Source: Candidatus Omnitrophota bacterium (GTDB lineage: Bacteria > Omnitrophota > Omnitrophia > JAHJGZ01 > JAFGJY01). From it: a DNA stretch of 64,000 nucleotides. The notes under the pieces were generated by a model, which saw only the letters and a list, made by a program, of their open reading frames with translations, had not been told where the DNA came from and ran no database searches. Location of the stretch: the NCBI GenBank assembly GCA_016928875.1, contig JAFGJY010000089.1:3625-67624 (forward strand). Direction: 5' to 3'. Position 1 is the stretch's first letter. Every line of letters starts with the position of its first letter. Of the stretch, positions 6,939-16,565 are shown piece after piece. Made by a program: the position numbers and the translations under genes.

Positions 6939-8462
6939 TCATTCTATACTTTCCTGCCGACTATTCGGTTCAGTTCTCCATATGTTCGACGATAGTAATT
7001 GACCGATCTTTTCTATGATCCTTATCTTCCTGTTGACATAATAAATAAGGGGCACAATATAAATAATAAAAAATATCGTCCTTACGACATCAGTAATGAT
7101 AATGCGTCCATCCATGGTAAAACGCATAATATAAAGAAGGCCGATCGCCACATATGCGACAGGTACATGGATCCTTAATAAAGCGAGGCCGAATAATTTC
7201 CAACTCTTCCCAAATGACCGAAGGACATATGCATTTGTGAGCAACGATGCCGCATAAAATATCACTGACGTCGCTGCAGCGACTCCTACGATGCCATATC
7301 CACACGATACCATTACAATATCAACGATCGTTCCAATGGCCAAAAGAACTATCATTACATACAACAACTTTGCCTGCTTATTAAAAGCGATCAAAATGTC
7401 CATAGGGACCTTCAACAAAGACGTGAAGAACAATCCGACGAGCAATATTCTAAGGACGGTCAGCGACGGTATATACTTAGGCAAACAATAAAAGATGATC
7501 GAATCGATGTTGATAAAAATAAGGCCGAATACAATAGGTAAGAAACCCGATAATAGCATGATCGGTTTCGTGAAATATTCCTCAATTGCCGTTGTTTCTC
7601 CCGTACGGCCTAATTTATGCATCATTCGCGGCATGAGAACTGTCGCAATGGCATACGGAATAAAATGTACGATCTGTGAAATAAACGCTGCAAGGCCGTA
7701 ATACCCGGTCATGGACTTCCCGAGCATAAAATAGATAACGAACTGGTCAATGTGGGCCATTAAAAAAAAAGCGACATAGAGCACCATAATTGGGAAGCCT
7801 ATGTTCATCAATCCTTTTATCATTGTAAAATCAAAATTAAGCGCTAATGAAAATTCCCCTCTTACGCGCATCCAGACCATGAGAATAACGTTCGTGATAA
7901 TAAGCGCGACCAATAACCCATTTATCTTATAACTAAATAGCAAAATCAACCCAAAAACAGTATTCATAATGGCATAGAGAATATTGAACCTGCTCATCTC
8001 CATGATCTTACGCTCGCTATTGAATTTGAACGGCATGAATATCTTGAATGCGTTCAGGAAAAAGGCGCATGCGGCTAATATAAATTCAATGCGCCTATCA
8101 GTGTCTCTACACAAAAATGATAAAACAAGTAAAATAACGGAAACAACCCCGCACGAAAGCACATTCCACGCAAACGTTGCTTGCTGCATCTTTTCTCTGG
8201 CAGCATGGTTTCCGCGTCCTTCTTCAAGGGGAACCTGCCGCACCATCGCACTCGTTGTCCCTAGGCTCAGAAAATGCGCACTGCTTAAAAATGTCCGGTA
8301 TATAGTCCAGATCCCATACAACGCGGGTCCGAGGACACTCGCAATAATAAATCCGCGTATCATAAGCAGCCCCTGAGCAAAATAATTGGCCCCAGAGAAT
8401 GCCGCGGTCTCCTTGATGATCCTCATTTCCTCTTTATTTCTCTCTTTATGCATGATTGTCAC
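6939..8462 (-). CDS. Wzx-type oligosaccharide flippase (MOP superfamily)
   Basis: 507 aa and highly hydrophobic, about 12-14 TM segments, with the typical polysaccharide-biosynthesis-protein layout. Confidence 0.7.
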   Translation of the reverse strand: MTIMHKERNKEEMRIIKETAAFSGANYFAQGLLMIRGFIIASVLGPALYGIWTIYRTFLSSAHFLSLGTTSAMVRQVPLEEGRGNHAAREKMQQATFAWNVLSCGVVSVILLVLSFLCRDTDRRIEFILAACAFFLNAFKIFMPFKFNSERKIMEMSRFNILYAIMNTVFGLILLFSYKINGLLVALIITNVILMVWMRVRGEFSLALNFDFTMIKGLMNIGFPIMVLYVAFFLMAHIDQFVIYFMLGKSMTGYYGLAAFISQIVHFIPYAIATVLMPRMMHKLGRTGETTAIEEYFTKPIMLLSGFLPIVFGLIFINIDSIIFYCLPKYIPSLTVLRILLVGLFFTSLLKVPMDILIAFNKQAKLLYVMIVLLAIGTIVDIVMVSCGYGIVGVAAATSVIFYAASLLTNAYVLRSFGKSWKLFGLALLRIHVPVAYVAIGLLYIMRFTMDGRIIITDVVRTIFFIIYIVPLIYYVNRKIRIIEKIGQLLSSNIWRTEPNSRQESIE

Positions 8463-8471
8463 GTGAAATGG

Positions 8472-9608
8472 TTACACTCTATTTATGCGCCTATATTTAT
8501 GGCTCATCCATCGAAAATGAAACGCAAACCATGAGCGTATCACTTTATTCTGAATTGCATCATATGGTTTGAAGAATATATAAGCGTCTTCGACCTTGCA
8601 CCCTCTGCGCATCTTCACGGGATACATCCCATTACCATAATAAAATCGTTTTGCTTTTCGAGTGATCGCTCCCGTAATAGGTTCATAATAGCCAATATTA
8701 AAATAGGTGAAATCTCCTTTTGAAAGAGAATAATCAACCCCGAGATACGGCGTCAACCCCTCAGAACCATGATACACGGCCAGTGAGACCGCAACGATCT
8801 CGCCCTTTTTTTTTGCAATATAGGCAACACAATCATCACCGAAGTTATCCTTCATCTTTAAAATATAATTTTTATTAAAAGGTAATTCAAACCTGTTATA
8901 TTTCGCGAAATTCAGAGCAAGTAATTCCATCAACCGCTCATTGCAAACGGCAATATCGGCACACTCGCTTATTTCTATCCCTACTCGTGCAATCCTGTTG
9001 ATCTCGCGGTTAAGATTACGTTTCATTGAAGAATCTCGATCACGTATACATTTCTTATACTGGTCGAATGTATTCCATTCTATATCCAAATAGGCCGTCG
9101 GCAATGTTATGGTTTTTGCGTATCCCCTCTTCTCCAGTAATCCAATAAGGATTTTTTCCTTCTTCATAACGTTATTAAAACATATTCCACGCTTCATCTC
9201 CCGCTGAATCTCTTCTAAAGCACTCAACATAAATTCAGCTACTTGTATCTGTTCAGTCTCGGGCAGATCTACCTTAAACAAGAAATGCGTTCCATACCCC
9301 ATGCCCGGCCCGCAAAATATGGCAGGCAAAAATGACACACCGAATGGCCGAACAATTCTTTTAAGGCGGCCTAATAAGATATCATCAAGGTCTAGCTCGT
9401 TTACCGGTTTATCTATATACCACGCTGTTGCGCCGCATAACGTATCAACCTTATACACTAAAACATATCGACAACCATTACATTTATATAAGGTCTCCTC
9501 GCATGTCTTCATCCACGCGTAACACATAAATATATTATTATGCGCCATCGCATCCCACTGGTCCCGCGAAACATCATTGATCGTGTTAATTTTTTTTACA
9601 GTATACAT
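8472..9608 (-). CDS. FemAB-like / DUF482-type GNAT acyltransferase
   Basis: 378 aa. N-terminus ..VSRDQWDAMAHNNIFMCYAWMKTCEE plus a C-terminal acetyltransferase-like fold (..VAVSLAVYHGSEGLTPYLG..). This resembles the COG3146/FemAB_like family found in EPS loci. Confidence 0.5.
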   Translation of the reverse strand: MYTVKKINTINDVSRDQWDAMAHNNIFMCYAWMKTCEETLYKCNGCRYVLVYKVDTLCGATAWYIDKPVNELDLDDILLGRLKRIVRPFGVSFLPAIFCGPGMGYGTHFLFKVDLPETEQIQVAEFMLSALEEIQREMKRGICFNNVMKKEKILIGLLEKRGYAKTITLPTAYLDIEWNTFDQYKKCIRDRDSSMKRNLNREINRIARVGIEISECADIAVCNERLMELLALNFAKYNRFELPFNKNYILKMKDNFGDDCVAYIAKKKGEIVAVSLAVYHGSEGLTPYLGVDYSLSKGDFTYFNIGYYEPITGAITRKAKRFYYGNGMYPVKMRRGCKVEDAYIFFKPYDAIQNKVIRSWFAFHFRWMSHKYRRINRV

Positions 9609-9710
9609 ATTGCTCTATTTCTATTATCAATATTTTGGTTGAACCCTCACTGTGCCCAGCACAACGACATGCCGGTTTCTAATAAAAGCAAATCAGGATC
9701 AGTATCATGC

Positions 9711-10364
9711 TCATGCACGAGCAGAACTGAATGTATCATCACCGAAATGATATTTCTTCATGTGGAATATGATATGCCTCTTGCCGAAAAAGAATATCCT
9801 CATCCATAATTCTAATTTCTTAGCATTCAATTTCCTCAATACTTTAAGTGCTGGCCCGTTAAACACATCAACAGCGCTATACAAGAATGTCCTTCCTTCC
9901 TGTACCAATCGCATATAACATTCATATCTCAGATAAGGAGCGAAACCATATCCCCTGTATTTTGCAAATGTATAAGAATCATATAAATATGCCTCATTAT
10001 CATTTAATTTAAAACCGCATCCGGAAAGGTAGCATTTTTTATAATCGATCCAAATGAACGACGCAATTTCGCCGTTACATCGAAGAGCAAGGCATTTTTG
10101 CCCCTCATGGAGCCGTTCGATCAATTTTTCGGTCTTTACTTTTCTGAACGGCAGATCAGCGATCATACGCATATCATCCATTGTTAAACAATCGATCGAT
10201 ACGTGCCCACTCTCATACGTATGCTGCAATGATGCTCCTTCTTGAAAACGCTCTTCTACAATATAGATCGGCGATATCGATACACCGATCTTAGAAATCA
10301 CGTCACGTACAAGCCGTAATAAAGGGCTGTATTTGAATTTATTCCATATATTCATTAGATACAT
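9711..10364 (-). CDS. GNAT-family N-acetyltransferase
   Basis: ..AYLYDSYTFAKYRGYGFAPYLRYECYMRLVQEGRTFLYSAV..N.PALKVLRKL matches the GNAT motif A region (R/Q-x-x-G-x-G/A). Confidence 0.5.
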   Translation of the reverse strand: MYLMNIWNKFKYSPLLRLVRDVISKIGVSISPIYIVEERFQEGASLQHTYESGHVSIDCLTMDDMRMIADLPFRKVKTEKLIERLHEGQKCLALRCNGEIASFIWIDYKKCYLSGCGFKLNDNEAYLYDSYTFAKYRGYGFAPYLRYECYMRLVQEGRTFLYSAVDVFNGPALKVLRKLNAKKLELWMRIFFFGKRHIIFHMKKYHFGDDTFSSARA

Positions 10365-10419
10365 ATCGTCCTCCCTTTTAATGTACTGCGTGTTTCCAAA
10401 AATGCACTTTCACACAGGC

Positions 10420-11685
10420 CTAATCGATAAGAGACATAATAAGTTTGTATTTACCCACTTCCGTCCTCATGATACTATCAACATAGATAATCTTAACGGA
10501 CGATAATCCTATCACCCTTTTCAGTTCGCTAGTAATGACTTTTTCTGAATCTTCCCTGTACTGCACATTTTTAACGATCCTCACTATCAATTCACCTCTT
10601 TTTTCCTGTATCGCTTGGAACTCCTTGATACCCTTATTCTTAACCAACACTCCTTCAATTTGAGCAATACCCGGTATCTCTCGACCGTCATCTAAATGAA
10701 TACCGTCACTCTTCCTCCCATCGATCCTTTCGAGCATCGAAAACTGACGGCCGCAATCGCACTCCTTTGTTGAATAGACACCTTTATCTGCCATGGCATA
10801 CCGAATTAAGGGCATCGCAGTATTATATAGTCCGGTAATAACGATCTCGCCGCTCTCATTGTGAACACCCCGACCATTTCTATCGACCGTCTCTAAATAA
10901 ATAAGGTCATCATTAACATGTAATCCTTTATGTCGATCGCATTCCCACGCGACCGTACCGAACTCCCAGCAGTCATAAATACTGATCGGACCCACTTTGA
11001 AGGCACGCGTAATATTCTCTCTTTGAAAATCAAAAAGGGACTCTGAGTTCGTGAATATGAGTCGCGGAGCAATACCCGGATCATTCCTCTCGATCATATG
11101 CACTGCCAAACTGTTCAATCGGCTAGGATATCCTTCTAATATAGTAGGCCTTATTTCCTTTAATAATGCTGCCTGTTCAGACACCGTGAAGTTATACGGT
11201 ATTTCAATCCGCCTGCAAATACCAAAGCGATCGATCATCCTCTTTGGTATCGGGTGAAATTGAAGGACGGCGATCGTGTCTTGCATACGATAACCATGCA
11301 TGCAATACGATCTGAATACATTAGCGACCCGGATATCTTCTGTCTTATTATCAGCGAAAACACTCAACGCTATCCCCGTAGAACCGCCCGTCCTGTGCTC
11401 TTTAAGTTTCTTAGTTTTGACTTTGCACGATAATCTTTCGCTATTGTCAACATCCTTAATATCATTTTTTCTCGTAATGGGTATTTTTGACAGATCGTCA
11501 AGCGTTCGAATATCGTCCGGTGTAATCCCTGCCTTTTTAAATACTTTATTATAATAGGGAACCGTGGTGTACGCCTGGTTAATGACGTTCTTCGCCCTCG
11601 TAAATTGGTGTTCTTTAATTACCTTCCGGCTCATATGTGAATTCTTGCACAATTGATTAAGATAAAAGGCCCGTCTTAGCAACAT
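10420..11685 (-). CDS. Phenylacetate-CoA ligase-like (PaaK/CapK/F390-synthetase family) adenylate-forming enzyme
   Basis: HRTGGSTGIALS P-loop-like ANL motif, about 420 aa; paralogue of 12768..14021, 14040..15278 and 52412..53779. Confidence 0.7.
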   Translation of the reverse strand: MLLRRAFYLNQLCKNSHMSRKVIKEHQFTRAKNVINQAYTTVPYYNKVFKKAGITPDDIRTLDDLSKIPITRKNDIKDVDNSERLSCKVKTKKLKEHRTGGSTGIALSVFADNKTEDIRVANVFRSYCMHGYRMQDTIAVLQFHPIPKRMIDRFGICRRIEIPYNFTVSEQAALLKEIRPTILEGYPSRLNSLAVHMIERNDPGIAPRLIFTNSESLFDFQRENITRAFKVGPISIYDCWEFGTVAWECDRHKGLHVNDDLIYLETVDRNGRGVHNESGEIVITGLYNTAMPLIRYAMADKGVYSTKECDCGRQFSMLERIDGRKSDGIHLDDGREIPGIAQIEGVLVKNKGIKEFQAIQEKRGELIVRIVKNVQYREDSEKVITSELKRVIGLSSVKIIYVDSIMRTEVGKYKLIMSLID

Positions 11686-11689
11686 ACAT

Positions 11690-12781
11690 CTACCTCTTCT
11701 TTCGCAATAGCATTTTCTGAACTATGAGTTTCATGACGACGAAAGACGGCGGTACGCACCGTTCGCAGATAGCGAATGAACGTATCCCTTTTCGAAACTC
11801 TTCCCGTACACGCCGATAGCGTTCACCGTTCCATATGCTTGCAAATGGTTTTTGCAGGCAATTCCCAAGCGACGGAGCGTCTTTATCCCACACAAATACG
11901 GGACATGGCTTTACATTTCCTTTAACATCGATAAAGGCAGAGACCCATGGGAAATGGCACGTGATCCTATTGGGTATAAATTCATCCCGAGCCAACATCT
12001 TGTTATGAAGAGATTTCATGTGACGCATCCAATTATCAATATTCGTCGCAATTCCGTACCAGTCGGCTTTTCTCTTTGTCTCCGTGAGAATATCGGTCAA
12101 TTCTTGAATGCCTATACCGCATAACTCTTTTTTCATATCTTCAACGCTAAAATAATTAAGGTCCTGCACGTATACCATTTTCACATCGAATTCCTTTGCC
12201 AGTTCAATAAAACACGGAAGCTCATAAACATTTTCCTTCTCGAGACAGAAATTGAACCGTATCTCCGGTTTTGTAATGGACCTCTCTTTTTTGAGAGTAT
12301 TAATCAGTTTGATATTATTAATAACAACGTTAAATCTATCACATTGACGCACTTTTTTATAAACATCGGATGATGCCGCATCAAACGATACCTTTATCTG
12401 ATCGATCTCGCTATCGACCAATTTTTCGATAGCGCTCGACGACACCACTAAATTAGTCGGAAAATTAACGACACTACCCCGTTCAACGCAATATCGGATC
12501 ATTGTAAATATATCCGGGTTCAGCAAGGGCTCCCCGAGACCGCTCAAATTTATATTACGTGGCCGTATCTGATCATAGATCTTAACAAAATCATCAAATT
12601 TCATATGTAACGGTGTTTGCACAATAGACCGCCTGCCGCACGCAAGACAATTGAGGTTACAATAAGTCGTCACCTCGACCTGAACATGTTCGGGCATCGC
12701 AAACGCATTTACCGATTTCACTATCGCTTGAAAATAATTAAGACCAGAACGAACAATGTGTTTCATATTACGTATATTCAT
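11690..12781 (-). CDS. Radical SAM enzyme with C-terminal SPASM/twitch-like Cys cluster
   Basis: TTYCNLNCLACG (CxxxCxxC). C-terminus CHFPWVSAFIDVKGNVKPCP...GNC...CERCVPP. Paralogue of 57535..58557. Confidence 0.8.
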   Translation of the reverse strand: MNIRNMKHIVRSGLNYFQAIVKSVNAFAMPEHVQVEVTTYCNLNCLACGRRSIVQTPLHMKFDDFVKIYDQIRPRNINLSGLGEPLLNPDIFTMIRYCVERGSVVNFPTNLVVSSSAIEKLVDSEIDQIKVSFDAASSDVYKKVRQCDRFNVVINNIKLINTLKKERSITKPEIRFNFCLEKENVYELPCFIELAKEFDVKMVYVQDLNYFSVEDMKKELCGIGIQELTDILTETKRKADWYGIATNIDNWMRHMKSLHNKMLARDEFIPNRITCHFPWVSAFIDVKGNVKPCPVFVWDKDAPSLGNCLQKPFASIWNGERYRRVREEFRKGIRSFAICERCVPPSFVVMKLIVQKMLLRKKR

Positions 12782-14021
12782 TTACCTGTTTCGCAACCCT
12801 TTGTACGTTACAAATAACAGCTTTAAATTTATTCAGATCATTCTTAGGTATAGCATTAACGGTCATTATCCTAAATGTTAGTCCCGGCAGCTTATCTCTA
12901 ATGCATTCTGTAAAGCTTTCGATACTAAATGGACTATGAACGACCATAAACAGATCCGCTTCACCTTTTGTATCTTGAACAACTCTAAACGCTTTTACAT
13001 TCTTTTCTAAAGTAATTACATTTATAATGGCACATGGCGAAACAAGATCATCGTTCTTCAATACTAAAAAATCATCTTTGCGCCCCTGAATGGAAATAAT
13101 ATGCCTGAACGGTTTATCGCGGCTGTCATCACCAATCTCAACGATGTCTCTCAAATTATATTTTATCAGCGGCATCGCGAATTGATCAAGCGTAGTAACG
13201 ATCAACTCATTATCGTTATTAACTTCGAAAAAATATGCATCCTCGTTAAGATATAGTTTTCCGTCTTTGCTGTCTTCAAAGGCAAGCCGCCCCACTTCTC
13301 TCGCGCCATAATGCTCTTTAACTTTGGTCAAGAACTTCTCTTCTATAAATCTCTTGGTCTCGGCATCCAACATCTCTCCTAGCGCAATGACTGTTTTAAC
13401 ATGCAATGAGTTACCATCGACGATCTTGGCTATCTCACGGATATTGCTGGGAAACCCTACCAAGACCGATGGTTTATATTCCATAATTTGCTTCAATACA
13501 TAATCCGGGCTACGTACGCCATCTACAGCTTTCTTTCTGAATACACATAACTTAGCAAGAAGATTACTGCGAGGCTCATAAACAGCATCGCAATTGAACA
13601 TCTTCAAGAATGGATTATATCCTGAACACAGTAAGCTGCGTAATCGTATCGTATTTTTTTTGATAAATTCTCTTCGTGTTAAATAACAATCGAAACGCTT
13701 ACCCGAAGATCCGGATGTTGATTCGGCCTTTAATTCCGAGAGGACATACTCTCTTGTTATTAGATCGCTAACATTTCTAGCTAAAAGGTCATCTTTGCTT
13801 GATACAGGGATCTTTGAGTATAGTTCTTGAACTTGGCTAAGGCTCAGATCCTTACCAACAAATAATCCTGCCTTTTTAAAGAGATCACGATAGTAAGGTA
13901 CGTGCTTAGCAGCATAACATATAACTTTATTAAGCTTCCTCAGCTGCAATACACGCAACTCCTTACGCGACAGGAATAGATTCCTTACCGATAACACGAA
14001 AGATAAAAGTTTATAGATCAT
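12768..14021 (-). CDS. Phenylacetate-CoA ligase-like adenylate-forming enzyme
   Basis: ESTSGSSGKRF motif; 417 aa; overlaps the downstream radical SAM gene by 14 nt. Confidence 0.7.
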   Translation of the reverse strand: MIYKLLSFVLSVRNLFLSRKELRVLQLRKLNKVICYAAKHVPYYRDLFKKAGLFVGKDLSLSQVQELYSKIPVSSKDDLLARNVSDLITREYVLSELKAESTSGSSGKRFDCYLTRREFIKKNTIRLRSLLCSGYNPFLKMFNCDAVYEPRSNLLAKLCVFRKKAVDGVRSPDYVLKQIMEYKPSVLVGFPSNIREIAKIVDGNSLHVKTVIALGEMLDAETKRFIEEKFLTKVKEHYGAREVGRLAFEDSKDGKLYLNEDAYFFEVNNDNELIVTTLDQFAMPLIKYNLRDIVEIGDDSRDKPFRHIISIQGRKDDFLVLKNDDLVSPCAIINVITLEKNVKAFRVVQDTKGEADLFMVVHSPFSIESFTECIRDKLPGLTFRIMTVNAIPKNDLNKFKAVICNVQRVAKQVNEYT

Positions 14022-14039
14022 GCGCGAGTAGTCACGTTA

Positions 14040-15278
14040 CTAAGATTTATCAATACTATTTTTAACGACCTTATACTTCCCGTTCTTCTCAAGCTCTATT
14101 GACTCGCATCGTTCTATATCAACCTGCATAGTATGATGCGTTGTATCCTCAATGATCTTACGAACCTCATCACCGGCAGTATCATTATCCGTGATCACCT
14201 TAATGAACAGCGCATCGTAAGAGGTTTGCACGATCTGATATTTTAAAAGTCCTGCGATATATTCGATCGAGGTTGTTAATCGAAATGCTTCTATTAATTC
14301 ACCTGTTGGCAAATAAATGTTATCTGATGCTCTCCCACCGTATATCTTAAGCAAAGCAAGTGTCCGCCCACATGAACACGGCGTATCGATGAGCATTCCC
14401 TTATCCTGTGTATTAAAGCGAATAAGCGGCATGGCTTTATTATTTAGGTCCGTAACAACAATATCACCGATCTCTCCTGTAGCTACTGGGACGCCATCCT
14501 TCACGATCTCGCAGATCACTTCATCTTCATTAATATGATATCCTTCATGCCGCTCACATTCCCAGGCGATCTCTTTAAATTCGGTCGATCCATATACATC
14601 AAACACCTCTGCACGGAACGTTTTCTCGATATATGATCGTACCGGTTTTTCCAGATATTCCGAACTCGTAAAGATCAAACGCACGCTATCTATAGGTATA
14701 CCGTCCCTCTCCATCTCTCTCGCCAGGCGGAAGAGATAATTAGGCATACTATATATGATAGTCGGTTTACGGGTTCTTATCTTTTGTATCGTTATGGATA
14801 GCGGATCGAATATCGAAAATGCTCTCAGGTTCAAAAAAGGAAAGAGCAAAGCGAATAAACGATTTTTTTTCTTTAGCGCCTGGTCGCCGTCAGTATCGAT
14901 TATAGACACACGATCGCCAAAACGCATACCACATGCCCGTCGTGCTCGATATTTAACCCAGTATTTTTTCATGAACCATGAACGTCTATCAAAATATGTA
15001 TAAAACGGTTCACCTGTCGAACCGCTGGAACGGCTTTTTAAGCATCTCCGCTTGTCATACAATGGATGCAAACATCTATCACGTACGACGGATTTGTCCA
15101 CTATCGGCAGAGACGTAAGATCCCTCATGGTATGTACAACATCAGCATTGATGCCGTGCCTGTCATATAGCTCTTTATAGAACGGCACTTCCTGCACACA
15201 AAGCAGAAATTGTGCCCTTAATTTCTTGTTGCGCAATTCATCTAATTCCTCACGGGACGTATAAATGATGTTGTTCAT
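14040..15278 (-). CDS. Phenylacetate-CoA ligase-like adenylate-forming enzyme
   Basis: SRSSGSTGEPF motif, ..YGSTE.. and ..RFNTQD.. core motifs; 412 aa. Confidence 0.75.
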   Translation of the reverse strand: MNNIIYTSREELDELRNKKLRAQFLLCVQEVPFYKELYDRHGINADVVHTMRDLTSLPIVDKSVVRDRCLHPLYDKRRCLKSRSSGSTGEPFYTYFDRRSWFMKKYWVKYRARRACGMRFGDRVSIIDTDGDQALKKKNRLFALLFPFLNLRAFSIFDPLSITIQKIRTRKPTIIYSMPNYLFRLAREMERDGIPIDSVRLIFTSSEYLEKPVRSYIEKTFRAEVFDVYGSTEFKEIAWECERHEGYHINEDEVICEIVKDGVPVATGEIGDIVVTDLNNKAMPLIRFNTQDKGMLIDTPCSCGRTLALLKIYGGRASDNIYLPTGELIEAFRLTTSIEYIAGLLKYQIVQTSYDALFIKVITDNDTAGDEVRKIIEDTTHHTMQVDIERCESIELEKNGKYKVVKNSIDKS

Positions 15279-15312
15279 AAATTGTTTTAATCTAGATCGT
15301 AAGCGGCATGTT

Positions 15313-16527
15313 TTAAACTTTTAGAATATTCTTGTAGCACTCTTCATATTTCCGGGCGATCATGCGCCATGAATAGTGCTCACGTATTTTATTTCTTGAA
15401 GCTATGCCCATTGCGCATCGCCTTTCCGGGTCATTCTTAAGTATTCTGATCGCTTGTGCCAACGCCTGATGGTCACCCGGTTCAACTAAAATCCCATTTT
15501 GTTCATCAACAAGGTCAGGAATACCGCCTTCGCGTGCACCGATTATCGGAAGCCCGCATGACATCGCCTCTGCGAACACGATACCAAAGGACTCCGCCAG
15601 AGAAGGTAACACGAATATATCGGCACTATTGTAGAGCGCCGGAAGGTATTTTCGCTCACAATATCCGTAAAACGTGACACGGTCTATGAGTCCTAACTTA
15701 CTGCATAATCTTCGGAGTTCGGCTTCATAATTCCCGAGGCCTGCTATGGTCAATCTAATATTGGGATCATTTAAAACAGATAGCGCACGTAATATGTGTT
15801 GTATCCCCTTTCGCTCAATGAGGCGAGCTACACTGATCAACTGCAGGCTCGAAGTATCCCTCCCCCCGGATGGTCGTGGAGCAAAATGCTCGGTATTGAT
15901 CCCATTCGGGATCACGTCCATTGCCTGTGACGGTGCTGTCTTATGGGCCGTCTCGCGCAAACTCTTACTCAATGCAACTACAGTATCAGCACGACGCCAT
16001 ACCATGCGCGTTATAGGCAGTAATAAGCAGTGCATGAATTGCAACATTTTATTATGGACATCATAGAGTGGGACATCTGACCCACGCAATGATACAACAT
16101 ACGGAACACGTCGATGAAGACCGGGCCATAACGCCAACAATCCTGTCGGAAAACTGAAGAAATAATGGATCACGTCATATTTATTGCTTGCGATCAAGCG
16201 TATAAAAACAAAAAAAGCAAAAAAGACATACGTGACCGCACCGCGAAACCCGCAGTCGTGTATCCCTTTTCGCAGGCTGAACACACGGTAGACGGTAAAA
16301 CCTTCAAGCGCCTCTATTCTCTTCTGCCCTTTTATCCGTGAGGTTATAACATCGACGACATGCCCCATAGCCGCAAGTTCTTTCGCAATATTATACGTTG
16401 CGACTCCCGCACCGCCGCCCACTGGAGGGAATTCATAGTTGAGCATCAGTATTTTCAATGCATTGCGGGGAGACTTGGAATTAAGCCTCTTTTCTAAACC
16501 CTCTATTTCACTCTTTAAATTTTTCAT
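15313..16527 (-). CDS. Glycosyltransferase family 4 (GT-B)
   Basis: N-terminus EFPPVGGGAGV. C-terminus LPSLAESFGIVFAEAMSCGLPIIG (E-x7-E region). Confidence 0.85.
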   Translation of the reverse strand: MKNLKSEIEGLEKRLNSKSPRNALKILMLNYEFPPVGGGAGVATYNIAKELAAMGHVVDVITSRIKGQKRIEALEGFTVYRVFSLRKGIHDCGFRGAVTYVFFAFFVFIRLIASNKYDVIHYFFSFPTGLLALWPGLHRRVPYVVSLRGSDVPLYDVHNKMLQFMHCLLLPITRMVWRRADTVVALSKSLRETAHKTAPSQAMDVIPNGINTEHFAPRPSGGRDTSSLQLISVARLIERKGIQHILRALSVLNDPNIRLTIAGLGNYEAELRRLCSKLGLIDRVTFYGYCERKYLPALYNSADIFVLPSLAESFGIVFAEAMSCGLPIIGAREGGIPDLVDEQNGILVEPGDHQALAQAIRILKNDPERRCAMGIASRNKIREHYSWRMIARKYEECYKNILKV

Positions 16528-16565
16528 TTTAATCTTATATTTGTTTTGGCTTGTAACCAGCTTCG

